Of a stretch of DNA of 64,000 nucleotides, positions 22,767 to 35,509 are shown piece after piece. The stretch is from Elsinoe ampelina (Eukaryota): NCBI GenBank assembly GCA_010093995.1, contig ML992504.1, positions 1,268,885-1,332,884 of the forward strand, in the 5' to 3' direction. The number at the start of each line of letters is the position of its first letter. The first letter of the stretch is position 1. The position numbers and the translations under genes were made by a program. Below the pieces are notes generated by a model. The model saw only the letters and a list, made by a program, of their open reading frames with translations. It was not told where the DNA came from and did not search any database.

Positions 22767-24043
22767 TATCATACCCAGCAGGTTTTTCACGCCCCGATTG
22801 ACATCCTCCTCGCCATAAACCTTCACTAATCTATAGCAGTCCTACAAGTGGCTATCTCGGACCTCCACTGTCAAATAGATCACATGGCAAGAAGGAAAGA
22901 TTGGTATGACTTCAAGGTACGCTTCTCCTGGACTGAGCTGCTTCCAACAGCGAATTTTTTGCCCTGCGTTGCTTTCTTGCTTTTTCGTGCCTTGCCGTGC
23001 CGTCGCCTGCTGCCGAATCGACACATACGCTTCTCGGATGAGGACTTTTCCCTGGAGCACAGGCGACCTACACCCTTTCCATTCGGTCTCATTTCTCGGG
23101 AGACTCTGTACAATAGGCTCCAAGGACGCTCTCGGCACTTACTGGGGATCATGCTGGATTCGGCAAACCTGGCGCTGGACTCAACGTCACCTTGGCTTCT
23201 CCACGGAGAAGCAGCCTGAGCTCAATTTCTCTCAACCCCTATGCTGCTTCTTTCTCTGGGGCATTTTTCCGAACACCTCGATCTCCAGGGGCTACACCAC
23301 AGCTCTTCGACCCAATCAAGCACTTCAACAGTGCCACAACAAAACGAAACAAAACCTCACCATTCAACATCGACACGGTGGACCCAAAAACAGAAAGGTG
23401 TACGATATATCAAAAATTCCTCGCATGGGAGCAGGTTGGGCGGGAATAAACGACGGCTCACGGCGGTCGTCCTGCTTCGTCTGCGGAACATGCGAGAGGC
23501 GAGAGACGCTTTTCCTCCAACAGACAATTTCGAGGTCTACAGTGTAGAATACCCCATACCCCGTCGCGACGCCAGCGAGTTTTTCGTAGTCTGTATAGGG
23601 GTTCTCTCGAGTCGAATGAAATCATAAAGTCCATGAATGTGCCTTTGAATACCGCACGTGATGCTTACGAGCAGTGCCTTGCCATGTCCACTACAGGTAC
23701 AGTCATGAGCGGCGTGCAAGTGAGACGTGGGACCAGGGTGATGGTGAAAGTGTAATTATATCCATACACCGAATATACACACAACCGACAGGCCGAAAGA
23801 GCGTCCTCATCTCCCCCCCCTCAAGTTCTCTCAATCTCTCCTCCTCTGTCTCCTCGCTCGATTTCGTTCTGGTCAGAAAGTAGACGAAAAAGAAAAGTAG
23901 TGCCCATGATCATTATCCATGCCCCGTGCCCCAAACGTAAGAAACCCCCTCCTCATCCCACCCCGTCCCTATCCCCTTGCTCCGTCACCTCATCCCTCCC
24001 GCCTTCCTTTCCTCATCCACCTCGTCACCCCCGACCCTCCCAA

Positions 24044-27000
24044 CTAGAGAATCATACTCTTCACCTCCCCCCTCCTCCTCCCCTCCTTCCTCGGACTCAT
24101 GGGCGGCGTCCCCGCCCTCTTTCCCCCGAACCAACTCCCCTCGTCCTTGGGCGGCACCTCGGGCCCGTCCACCACCGCCACGGCCCTCTCCCTCGGCACC
24201 TCCTTGCGAACCACCGAGTCGCGCTTCACCGGGCTCGTGGGGGCGGATTTCGTGTACCCGTGCGCCGCCGCCGCCGCCCCGGTCGATGGAGTCAGACTCG
24301 AGCGCGAGCTCGTGGGTGGGCAGACGGTGATGTCGGGCTGCTTGTTGTTCTTGGAGCTCGAGCTGGACGAGGCGGGGGGGGCGGGCTTCTTCTTCGCTTC
24401 TTGCGCGAGGACGAGGTCGGTCCATTTCGCGACTTTGCCTTTGCCGCCTTCGCGTCCGAGGGCTTGGGAGAGAGCGACCATCCATTCGTCTTTTTGAGCG
24501 GTCGAGTCGGCGTAGAAATCAATGGTTTCGCCATTGGAGAAGCGTAGGCGGAAGCCTTCTTCGACGAATTGGTAGCCATCGTCTTCTTCGGCGAAAGCGG
24601 ACTTGCGGCGCTTTTTGGACGAGGTGTGTGCTGCGTTGGGGTCGGCGACGAGGGAGGTCTTGTCGTCGATGAGTCTGCTGGCTTTGGCGAGGTTGATGGT
24701 GGCTCGCGGTTGCATGGTGTGTTCGTGGTATGCCGTGAGACGAGTCGAGGAGAGACGGAAGAAGCGGCGACGCCAGTACTATGATTGTTAATGAGGAATG
24801 TGAAGGTTGAAGTCGGGTTTGCTTACAGGGCAGTCACCACCTTGTTGACTGAGATAGCCTTCGTGCTTGACGCTCTTGACCTTCTCTGCTTCCTTCATCT
24901 CACGAACGGCGGCGGACATGCTCTTGGGCATATCTTCTTCCTCGACACCCTTGCCCTTGGGCACGAAGAGGAGTTGCACCTCCAAGTTGCCGATTTGGTA
25001 GGGAGGACGTCGAACAACACCGTCACGCATGCCCATGCCAAAGCCGTTGCTACGCTTGCTTCGAACCGAGGAGACGACGTTGAAGTCCTTCTCCATCGCC
25101 CACTCGTTGTACAGTGGGACATCGACCTGCATCGTCCGACCGTAGCAGCCCTCTTCATGTCCCTTGAGACCAACATAGGCTCTGGCGAAGCTGCCGGTTT
25201 GTGCATCAACGAGATCTCGGAGCTTGTCCCATACTGTCGGTCTGTCCTGGACTCTTCGCCTCTCTGCTTCTTCGACTCGTCTTCGCTCTTCAGCCTCGGC
25301 CTCGGCTTGTGCTTTACGCTCCGCCTCGGCTCGCTTCTTTGGACTGCTCAAGAGTCGGCTGAACATACTCTTGGTCGGGCTCTTCCTGCCGCTAGCAGAT
25401 GAAGTGCCGCTCAGACCAGAGTTGGTCGCCACAACCTTTGGCTTCGGGGGGAGTACGGTTGTGAGTGTGAGCTGGAATTCCAAGTCCTGTTGTACGACAA
25501 GCTCGAATTCTTGACCAATGGGTGCGTTGCGGCCCAGATCGAGGTTGGCAGTAGTCACACAGTGTAGACCGTTGTCCAGTGTGAGCTGGAAAAAGAGTCG
25601 GTCGTTGCGTGGAAGGGCCAAGTCAAGGTCCTTGACACCAACAACCTTGACAAACAAACGACCGCGCTCGACATCAGGATCAATATCGGACAGTATACTG
25701 TGCTCTTCTAGTGTACCAAGAGCAGATTCGTGACCAGGGCCAGGCGGTGCGACACCGATATTGCTCCGGCGGCCAGATGACACCCGACCAGACTTGCGAC
25801 GAACCTTGCCGTTCCATGGCTCTGTCTGAATGAACTTCTCCGAGACCTTGCGCTCAGTCTGCATGGTTGATACAGATGGAACCGAAGAGTCGGAGTTGTT
25901 GGAGACAGTCGTACCGTTACTGAAGTTGCGGTGCGAGGCATGCACAACCTTTGTGTTCTGTCGCATGAGATATCCCTTCTTCTGAGCATCCATGAGGCGG
26001 TCCATCTCTGCGGACAAGGAAAAAGATGTGCCCAGCTCGGCTTCAGAGGGGGAGATGGGGATGTCGAGCTTCAACTCTTGAGCGGAGCCGACGGCACTAT
26101 CATTCTTGCTGCTTGTGCCGCTGATGACTGACGCTTGGTCCGAGGCGTTACTGGAAGGGCGATATTGTGATGGCATGTCCGGCATGTCTTCAGCTTCCAT
26201 TGCTTCTCGTTGAGCTTGAATCACTGCTTGTAGGTCTGCAGTAGTGCCGGAAGCGCGAGTCTTCAGCTTACCACCAGTCTTGATGGTGGCCTTGCGTTCT
26301 GGAATGACTGGTGCTTCCTGCATGATAGGCTGATCGTAGACCGAAGCGGTATCGACACTATCGTCACGCTGAGTGCTCTCGTCGTCACCTTCTGTGCTAA
26401 GGCTGGTGCGTAGACCTGCAGCGATTGGGCCGACGGCAGGTACAGTAGTCTCGTTCTTCTCCGTAGTAGTCGAGAGTGACATGTAGTCCTTGAGGCCGAA
26501 ATCATAATCGTTCTTACCCAAGAAATTAGCCAGGAATGGAAGACTTGTTTCTTTGCCGAGCTCTGCTTTGGTTGGTTCCTCAGCGGGAGTGCTGAATTTC
26601 TCGTTGTCTGAGATACCAAGGCCTGCCCCTTGCATCGTGTCAGTCATGAAACCAGGAATGTTGCTCGAACCGTTCGTACCATTGTCTTCACTTTCAGCCT
26701 CCGCTGAGCTGTGGTGAACCACTGATGATTGGCGCTGACCACCCAAGTAAGGCGATTCAAATTCTCCAAGGGCAGCTGGATCATAGGAAAGCACTGGAAT
26801 GTGATCTAGATCTAACACTGACTCTTCCGGCTCCTCTTTGATCGGGACATCCAGGTTGTTGAAGGTGGTAGACGTCTCTCTGGATGGGATGGCAGTGTCT
26901 GGGTCAAGTCTTGCAAGATCACTGTAGTCAATGCCCTGCTCAGAGTACAATGACTCTTGCTCGACAGCTTCGTCATCGACATAGTCCTGGTTGAGGTCGG

Positions 27001-28535
27001 CTTTGACCTTCTTGAGAATCGACTCACGAGAGATCTGTGGAGCATAGTCAAACTCGGGCAAATCACCGACCTCATCTTTCTCGTCCTGAACAGCCTCTTG
27101 CAATTTGTTCGAAGCTGATGTGATGGTGGATGTGCGCCTTCCGTCCTCGGCAAGGGACTCTTGAAGAGCAAGGAGACTCATTCGATCCTCTCTGGACATA
27201 CCAGCCTCGCGCATGCGCAAGATTTCATCTTTGCTGATCGAAGCTGGACGTGGTGGGGTTGGCAAGATCCGCTGCGCACTGCTAGCACGTTCTGCGGCGG
27301 CACTTAAGCTGGCTGACGATCGCCGACCCCGTTCAGGAGAGTTGAAACCTGGAAGAGGTGGAAGCGGGCGGACTGAGCCCTCCGAGGTAATTGACTCTGA
27401 CCTGGTGCTCTGCTGAGATGGAGCCAGTCTGCCTGGAGTGGCGGTCGGTGGTGGGCTTCCCTCGGCAAAGACGTCGTCGTCATCATCGATGAGATCAGTG
27501 CGAGCAGTGCTTGGACTGGCGTGTCTCCAATCACCTGGAAGAACGACGGGAGTTTTGTCGGTATCTTCAAGAGAAGCGTCGAAGCTGTCTTCTTGGTCCT
27601 CCGACGCGCGATCAAAGCTGTTATCCTCATAGTCATCCGACTCGTAGCTACCTTCCCGGGATCCAGATGCGACTGAGGATGGTTCGGGAGTTTGCTGTTC
27701 GTATTCGTTGATCTCGGGCGGAGCGGTCTCGAACGTGACGCTCTTAGCCGGGCGAAGGCTCTGGCGGGGAGTAGGAGCACGGCTGTCCTCTTCGAGAGAT
27801 CCATCAATGTCCAGTCCAAGCGAGTTGCCATACCGGCTGTTGGCAGTAAGGGACGACTTTTGTGGAGAGCCGAAAGGCGAAGTCGGCTGGAAGGAGTCTA
27901 TTATGTCCGTCCTGCTCTCCGTCCTTCTGTGTGTTGGTCTTTCTGGGCTACGGAAAGGATTGTTCTCTTTCCGAACACTGTCATATCTGCTGAAAGGATT
28001 TTGTTGAATGCGATCGCTGAGGGGTCTGTCTGTCAGAGGACGCTCGACGATAGGTGAGCTGGAAGGATCGTACTTGTCCCGAGACTCTCTCGCAAACATT
28101 GGGCTGTTAGCAACCCTTGAGGCCTTTTTCAGATTCTCAATCGAAGAGCGCTTGGACGGGACGATGTTCTCGCGTTCTGGGCTATTCTCTTGACCGAACC
28201 GACCTGGAGACATGCCTTCCCTGGTCCAGATGGACTTTGGCGACCGGAAGGGAGAAGTCTCTTTTGGCGAGGACTCGGTGACGATCATTTTCTATACGCG
28301 TTAGTGCACACTCCCTTCTATTTGTTGAATTGTCTGACCTTTGTCGCTTGGTTATAAGATGGCGAGTTGCGCCTGCGCTCTGTTGTGCCAATCTCGGCGA
28401 GAGGGCGGGGCAGCTTTGTCGGCGATGAGGTCGGTGTTGTCATTTTGTTGATCCTGAGCGGCTGGACCTGAGGGATATGTCAGTGAACCTATCTTATAAT
28501 CCGTCTGAGACAATCCCTACCGCATCTCCAGCCAT
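24044..28535 (-). CDS. BUD4: Bud4/Int1 anillin-like septin-associated protein; 4 exons
   Basis: MAGDA|VQPLRINK...RPLAEIG...RRRNSPS N-terminus, KSVTFETAPPEINEYE, anillin-homology region GRLFVKVVGVKDLDL...FQLTLDNGLHCV, PH domain EGYLSQQGGDCP|YWRRRFFRL. Confidence 0.93.
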
Positions 28536-28937
28536 TGTAAAACCCAATCGCGGTCGGGTGGCAGACGTATGCAGGTGCTGTAATCGAGGCGGCTGGAGTG
28601 ACGCAGACTCTGCAGCAAGTGATGAGAGAAGGATTGCGCTTCTGAATATGCGAGAAAAACGAAAGTGTACTGTGCGCGCAACGACGACGGGCGAACGACG
28701 ATGCAATGCAGAGCACTGGCGTGATAAGCGGTTTGTGAATTATAGATAGAGGGTGTTGAAGAGCGGTTTGCACGCAGTTGACCTCGTTCCAGCTGAGCTC
28801 GGAGTGCGGAGATCATCACCCACAGAAAACATGCGTCGTCCATGGCAACCCCGGGCACTAGTCCGCTTTCATCCTGGCCTGGCATCAAATTCAAGCTCCG
28901 TTCGGGGCAAAATCAAGACTTCCAAAAGTAATCCCAG

Positions 28938-30776
28938 ATGATACACGAGGCCCGATCGCTGGTCTGCTTGACATGTCGTGTCAGCCGGACATGGGTTCCC
29001 GTGCGACCGTCATGGCGACCCTTCAGGACCATGGCTACAGCTCAGAAGCGACAGCCGTCACGTATGGTCTTGTCTCCCAGGGTGGCTGAATCATCACCAG
29101 CTTCTCGGAAAGGTGGCAAGACTCCGAATAAGCCCACGGCAGGTCCTTTTGGTGGCATGAACAAGACAGACGTCGACCTCAGCAAATTACGGAAAGCACC
29201 GGCGAAGAGGGACTTCAAAGGCAACAAAGTCACGGCTGCAAAGGCGAAGACACGATCTAATGCCCAACCATTCAAAGCTCTGAAGATGCAACGTGCTCTA
29301 AGTCCGGTCTCCTACGACAAGCGATCACAAGTAAAGGAGAGCCTGGCTGATAAGGACTCTTTCAACGACTTTCGCCTTCTGCCTGTGGTTCGAGACTCGA
29401 TTGCTGCTCAAGCGCTCCGTGGAAGGACCGATGTGATGCCCAGTCCGATTCAACGTCTTGCTATACCGGCACTGTTAGGCACGTCCAAAGAGTACAAAAA
29501 GCCGAGTGGTGAGAACGCCAAACAGCAGTTCTTGCTGGCCGCCGAGACCGGTTCTGGAAAGACGTTGGCCTACTTGCTCCCGGTCATTGATGCTTTGAAA
29601 CGAAGCGAGGCAAAGGAGAAGGAAGCTGCTATGCAAGCTCCGAAATACGAGCAAGCGAAACCAGAGATTGATGCTCTATTCGCGCTGGACTCACCTGAGC
29701 AAAATCAGCCGAACCCAGATACCGGGAGGCCACGCGCCATCATCCTTGTTCCTACCGCCGAGCTTGTGGATCAAGTAGGGTCCGTTCTCAAATCAATGTC
29801 TCATACCGTCAAGTATCGAGCCGCTCTGCTTTCCGCAAATTACACTGGGCAAGTCATTCGAAGCCGCTTGTTTTCACCACGCGGAGTGGACATTGTCGTT
29901 TCCACGCCACATCTTCTGTCTAGCATCGTTGAATCGGATCCGAACGTGGTAGCCAGAGTCACCCACATGGTGATTGACGAGGCTGATTCTTTGCTGGATC
30001 GATCCTTTGCACCAACCACGAGAGCAATTCTGGATCGTGCTACACCATCGATGAAGCAACTCATTTTATGCTCGGCCACTATCCCTCGGAACATGGATGG
30101 CTTTCTCCGCAAGCACTACCCAGACATCAACAGACTGACAACGCCAAATTTGCATGCTATCCCGCGAAGGGTGCAGCTCCAAGTCGTCGACATTGAAGGA
30201 GAACCGTACAAGGGCAACCGTAACATTGCCTGTGCAGACACTATCTGGAACATGAGCAAGGAGACGAATGACCCAGCCGAAGCCTCGTCGGACAAGATTT
30301 TGAGATTGATTGTGTTTGTGAACGAGCGAGAGACGACCGAGGAGGTCGCTGGCTTTCTGCAAAGTAAGGGCATCGACGCATCAGCACTGAATCGAGACGC
30401 CACAGATCGCCTCACCTCGGACGTACTGGCGGACTTCACGGGTAGGCCGGTGCCAGTCAGACACAAGGATGAGTCGAGCAAAATGAAGACGAATGCACCA
30501 GCCCGCAAGCAACGTGGTATGCCAGATCGCCAGCTAAATGGTGTCAAGGTTCTGGTCATGACAGATATTGGCTCGCGTGGCATCGACACCCTGGAGGTCC
30601 GTAACGTCATCCTCTACGATGTGCCGCATACTTCCATCGATTTCATACATCGACTAGGAAGAGTTGGACGAATGAATAGGAGAGGGAGGGGATACGTACT
30701 GGTAGGAAAAGGAGATCGAAAGGACATTGTCAAAGAGATCAGAACAGGCATGTTTATGGGAAAGGCTCTCATATGA
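28938..30776 (+). CDS. MRH4: Mitochondrial DEAD-box RNA helicase Mrh4
   Basis: AAETGSGKT, PTAEL, DEAD, SAT and HRLGRVGR motifs. Basic presequence-like N-terminus. Confidence 0.88.
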   Translation: MIHEARSLVCLTCRVSRTWVPVRPSWRPFRTMATAQKRQPSRMVLSPRVAESSPASRKGGKTPNKPTAGPFGGMNKTDVDLSKLRKAPAKRDFKGNKVTAAKAKTRSNAQPFKALKMQRALSPVSYDKRSQVKESLADKDSFNDFRLLPVVRDSIAAQALRGRTDVMPSPIQRLAIPALLGTSKEYKKPSGENAKQQFLLAAETGSGKTLAYLLPVIDALKRSEAKEKEAAMQAPKYEQAKPEIDALFALDSPEQNQPNPDTGRPRAIILVPTAELVDQVGSVLKSMSHTVKYRAALLSANYTGQVIRSRLFSPRGVDIVVSTPHLLSSIVESDPNVVARVTHMVIDEADSLLDRSFAPTTRAILDRATPSMKQLILCSATIPRNMDGFLRKHYPDINRLTTPNLHAIPRRVQLQVVDIEGEPYKGNRNIACADTIWNMSKETNDPAEASSDKILRLIVFVNERETTEEVAGFLQSKGIDASALNRDATDRLTSDVLADFTGRPVPVRHKDESSKMKTNAPARKQRGMPDRQLNGVKVLVMTDIGSRGIDTLEVRNVILYDVPHTSIDFIHRLGRVGRMNRRGRGYVLVGKGDRKDIVKEIRTGMFMGKALI

Positions 30777-31107
30777 GCTCTGTACATTATCAGAAGAAGA
30801 GATACCCTGTACCAATAGTAGTCTGTCTTCACTCCAATTTGCCATACTATCAAGCTCCAGCCACAGAAGTCCCGGTCCCAAGGGTCGGCCTTGGTCCTCT
30901 TTCGGGGGCTGATCGCAACGGCACACGGGAGCAGCCGAAAGGCAATCCGGATGTCGCGTGGGTCCAACTGTGGCACTTCCAGACCAGATCCAACCTTCCA
31001 CGCAATCGAGCAATCGTTCCGAGACGCTGGGGCCTACTCGCCAATTGGCTCATCAATAGTCGCGGACTCTCTAGCTGACTCCACAACACTGATACGGAGC
31101 TTCAACC

Positions 31108-33300
31108 ATGTCGGGGCGGTTCGTACGGGCCTCCAAATACAGTGAGCCGCAGCTTGGGAGCTCCCTTCGAGGTGGACACTAATTGCTCGCAGGGCATGTG
31201 TTTGGTCGCAACACCAAGAAGGTATACCACACGCTACCAGAGAGTACGAGCGACCTCTGACGAGTGGACAGGAGCAATGTTACGATAATCTGCGAATCAC
31301 AAAGAATGCTTGGGATACCAACTTGATCAAGGTCAGACCGCTTCTCCGACATCTACAATCGCATCTCACCATCCGGACAGGTCAATCCGAAATACATCGC
31401 CGTTAACTGGGAAGCCAGTGGAGGAGGCGCCTTCGCTGTTGTGCCGGTCAACGAGCGCGGCAAGCTGCCAGAGCACATTCCGCTGTTTAGAGGACACACG
31501 GCTGCAGTGCTGGACACGGACTGGTATGAGGAGGCAGATACCGAGGTATTAGAGCTCTGCTGAGGGTCGTTTCAGGAACCCCTTCGATGACCAGGTCATT
31601 GTATCCGGGTCCGACGATGCAAAGGTATTCGCTTAGGAGCATTAGGCTGAAAGAGTGAGCTGATAATGGCTTCAGATTGGCATCTACCGCGTCCCCGATA
31701 ACTTTACGCTATACACCGACTCCGATGAGCCACAAGATATTAAGCCGATCGAACGCCTGTCCGGTCACACAAGGTGGGACTCAGCATGATGAGAGGAGAA
31801 GGATGCAGACTAATGAATGGCAGAAAGGTCGGCCACGTCCTCTTCAACCCGGCAGCCGGCAACGTGCTTGCCAGTTCATCTGGCGACTACACCATCAAGG
31901 TCTGGGACATCAACACCAAGTCTAATCCAATCACGCTGAAGCACAACGACATTGTGCAATCACTTTCCTGGTCAGGCGATGGCTCCATGCTGGTGACCAC
32001 TTGCAGAGACAAGAAGATCCGATTCTGGGATGTCCGTCAACAGAAGCCGGCTCATGAGGTTCCCGGCCATGCAGGAGCCAAGAATAGTAGAGCAGTATGG
32101 ATGGGCGAGCATGACCGTGTAGCCACGACGGGTTTCTCGCGGATGAGCGATCGTCAATTAGGTCTTTGGGACACTAGAAACCCGAAAGAGCCAATCGGAG
32201 GCTTCACAGTGCTTGACTCGATAAGCGGTGTCTGTATGCCCTTCTGGGATGATGGATCGCAAATGCTGTATCTTGCTGGCAAGGGGTAAGAGGCCATGAC
32301 GTACCGTTTCTTAGCGCAAAGACTAACAGTATACAGTGATGGCAATATCCGCTACTTCGAGTACGAGAACGACAAATTCGAGTTCCTGTCCGAATACAAG
32401 TCCGTGGACCCGCAACGAGGCATCGCATTCCTACCAAAGCGTGGCGTGGATCTTCACGACAATGAGGTCATGCGCGCTTACAAGACTGTCAACGACGCCT
32501 ACATCGAGCCAATCTCCTTCATCGTTCCTCGAAGAGCAGAAGTGTTCCAAAGCGACATCTACCCGCCGGCGACAGGCTCCAAGCCCGCTCTCAGCAGCGA
32601 TGATTTCTTCGCCGGCAAGCCCACCGACTTCCCTCCAAAGATCTCACTCGAATCGTTGTACGAAGGACAACCTGCCCAAGAAGTCGCCTCAGAACCTCGT
32701 GCCAAGTCAGCAGCGCCAGCGACCGCCGTCTCACCGACCAAGACCACCTCCGCACCCGCCCCCTCACCATCCAAGCAGGAGCCTACACCCGCACCCGCTT
32801 TCCGCGAGCCACCACGATCAAGCCTCAACGAAAACAAAGCCTCCATGTCCGCCATGGCCTCCAAGTTCGCCGACAAAGACGAACCAGAAACAACCTCCTC
32901 GACCTCCTCCTTCGAAGAGATTCCCAAACCCATCGAGCGTCCCTCGGCCACCTCTCGGCAAGCAGAAGACCGCAGCGTCCCTCGCACCCCCAGCCCGACC
33001 AAGACCTCCTCCGCCCCTGCCCCTGCCCCTGCCCCTGCCCCGACAGCAGAATCCCGGAACTTTTCCGGCGAGAGTTTGGGGAACGGTCCCAGCGCGACCA
33101 GTGTCCCCGCGAAAGACCTCAAGGAAGAAACGACGGCGAGCCCGAGCGGGCCAAAGGCGGCTGCGGAAGGGATCAGAGGTGTGTTGCAGGATATCAAGGG
33201 CATGTTGGCGGCGCAGGGGAGGCAGGTGCAGGAGCAAGGGGAGAAGATTGAGACCTTGGCGAGGGAGGTGGCGGCGCTGAAGGGGCAGTTGGGGAGGTAG
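31108..33300 (+). CDS. CRN1: Coronin; 8 exons
   Basis: MSGRFVRASKYRHVFG, WD40 repeats, KGDGNIRYFE, PISFIVPRRAEVFQSDIYPP, C-terminal coiled coil. Seven canonical introns. Confidence 0.96.
33013..33042 (+). repeat. (GCCCCT)n hexamer repeat encoding PAPAPA in the coronin linker
   Basis: Direct reading: gcccctgcccctgcccctgcccctgcccc. Confidence 0.8.
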
Positions 33301-33782
33301 GTGTGGGTGGGGTGGATGTGGGGGATAGAAGGGGGGATGGGATAGAGGGTAGGAACATGGGGGGGAAGAGAAAAGTGTTTGGTTAGCCTTAGAGGAGAAT
33401 TGATTTGATCAGCTATTTTCTGGTCGGACTGCTATCATGTGCTGTAATCCTGCGCTGCTCTCCTGCGACGACTTCGGTCATGTATACTGTTCATTACACG
33501 TTGCTTGCTGACCTCATTGCGGCTTCCTCTCCCCTGCGGTAGCATATCTCGCCTGTCTGTCAGAAGAGCTGTGGCTACCTCATGGGAGGCGGTCGCGATC
33601 TGACTCTCCTGTATCTGTCGTGGTGCAGCTATCTTCGCCATATCGCGTCGTGGTCATCTCCCGAGAAGATGACCGTGCCGTGCCACGATGGGTTGTGCCG
33701 TGCTGATAATCGTCTCTGCGTCGATGGTCGGTTCCTTTGCCGATGAGCTCGTGGTGCTGCTGCTGATCTCCTGTGCTGATCC

Positions 33783-34694
33783 TCACACCTCCATGACCAG
33801 CGAACGGTGCTGCTTATGACACACCTCGCAGAACTTGCCTTCGTCGGCGTGTGGGCGGTTGTATATAGCAAAACAACCCGGCACAAAGAAGCGATCCATT
33901 TCGATCCCGTCAACCGCCTCGCTATGGTCGCGCCAACCTCGTTGCGGTGTCTCCAATATGGCGGTGCATATATCTCCCCAGGTGATACCCTTGCTGGTAT
34001 CCAGAGTCTGAATGCGGCGAGAATAAGGCACCGCCGTGCTTCCATTCCTGGTTGTCGTCCAGTGAACATGTATGTCATGGATGGGAGGCTGTGCTACGAG
34101 CATCCTTGTCCAGGAGGGTCTGTCCGAGAATGCCAACATCAAATGCTTGAACGACCTGCTGCCTCCTTGCGTTTCGAAACCAGCTGTGGGTTCAAGTTGC
34201 CATGATGTTTTTTGCGTTGAAGCTGGTTCAGTCTTGTCTCGTGGTTGTTTGACGAGCAGTGGGTGTGTGACATAACCTTGCCTCGCGTTGTCACGGCCCT
34301 CCTCCAGAGTCTCAGGTGGGCACATGGCCCTTACACCGCAAGAACAAGAGCCAAACCAATACGAATTTGAGGGTACCACCACAATGCTGGTCTCAATCGG
34401 CCGAAAGAACAGTGTCTGCTGAAGCTTGATAGATCCATCGATGTACTTCTTCCACTCGGTCGCGACGCGCATACAACGGAGAAGGTCTTGCATGCGCAGC
34501 TTGCTGAAGATGTATTCGAAGAGGTAAGGGTTGCCCAGGACTGCTGCGCACGCTGCGCTCATCTCGGGCAGTATGTCGGGAGGCTCTGATGCTGAAGGGG
34601 TTGTTTCTTCGCTATGTGAATTCGCAGTGGAAAGAGTGTCGTTGACTTCTGGCTCAATCTGTGTCGTCTTTCCTCCACTCATGGTGTCGGCCAT
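33783..34694 (-). CDS. F-box protein (local family copy A); start may be at 34757
   Basis: F-box-like VLGNPYLFEYIFSKLRMQDLLRCMRVATEWKKYIDGSIKLQQTLFF. Shares downstream motifs with copies at 35510 and 59313. Confidence 0.85.
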   Translation of the reverse strand: MADTMSGGKTTQIEPEVNDTLSTANSHSEETTPSASEPPDILPEMSAACAAVLGNPYLFEYIFSKLRMQDLLRCMRVATEWKKYIDGSIKLQQTLFFRPIETSIVVVPSNSYWFGSCSCGVRAMCPPETLEEGRDNARQGYVTHPLLVKQPRDKTEPASTQKTSWQLEPTAGFETQGGSRSFKHLMLAFSDRPSWTRMLVAQPPIHDIHVHWTTTRNGSTAVPYSRRIQTLDTSKGITWGDICTAILETPQRGWRDHSEAVDGIEMDRFFVPGCFAIYNRPHADEGKFCEVCHKQHRSLVMEV

Positions 34695-35102
34695 GTTTGG
34701 GGATGGTGTCGCTGTAGTCCCTCGCAGGATGTCTGGCTGTCGCTCTGGCTGCTGCATGATGAAAGCGACGACGGATTTTCCGTCGATAAGATGAAAGCGA
34801 GTGAAGTGGAAAGAAGACTCACGCAAGATTCACTGATGTTTATAGCACACTGGATCCACATTTCACGTGACGTCTTCTGTGTCACATGTGACACAACGAA
34901 TTGAATTTGACGAAGGGAAAGGGCGACACCAGAAAGGAGATTGACTGTGCTCTTGTGGCTGCTGAGCGATGACATGATTGAAATGCTACTTCCCGCGAGA
35001 CGACCACTTTCCTACACACCATACTCATCACCTCCACCACCAGCAAGCTCCTCTTTCGGACCATCGACCATATGTTGGACTTGCAGCCGGATTTCAGCTC
35101 CT

Positions 35103-35325
35103 TCAGATTTCCTCCGCCTTTAGTGTGATAATCTGCTCCAGCAAATATGGGTTGTCGAGAGCTGCACTTGATAGTAAGGTGCTGAATACAGAGCCTTCTT
35201 CCGCCATGTTGGGTGACTGTCGATGAAGTCAGCGAGACCCACGAAAGGGCCACGATATCACTCACGGCGCTATACGCTTCGTTGTTGTTGTGACTGTTCT
35301 GGTCAACGTGTTCGTCTTCGGCCAT
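35103..35325 (-). pseudogene. Truncated F-box paralog fragment
   Basis: After a GTGAGT...GCTGAC...ACAG intron it reads SPNMAEEGSVFSTLLSSAALDNPYLLEQIITLKAEEI-stop. SPNMA and NPYL match copy A, then the similarity breaks. Confidence 0.55.
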
Positions 35326-35509
35326 TGTAGTCCGGAGAGATGAGATTCGGATTGCGAAGCTTGGAGAAGCAATGAAGTCCATATAAAGGTGAGCGTTCAA
35401 GATGTGAAGTTCAGTGAGATATAGTATCCGCCAGTGAGATCCAGAAGGACCAGTGTGATTTCACATCAGCTGAACCCACCGGCATACTGTATGTCTCCCC
35501 TCCCTTCCA

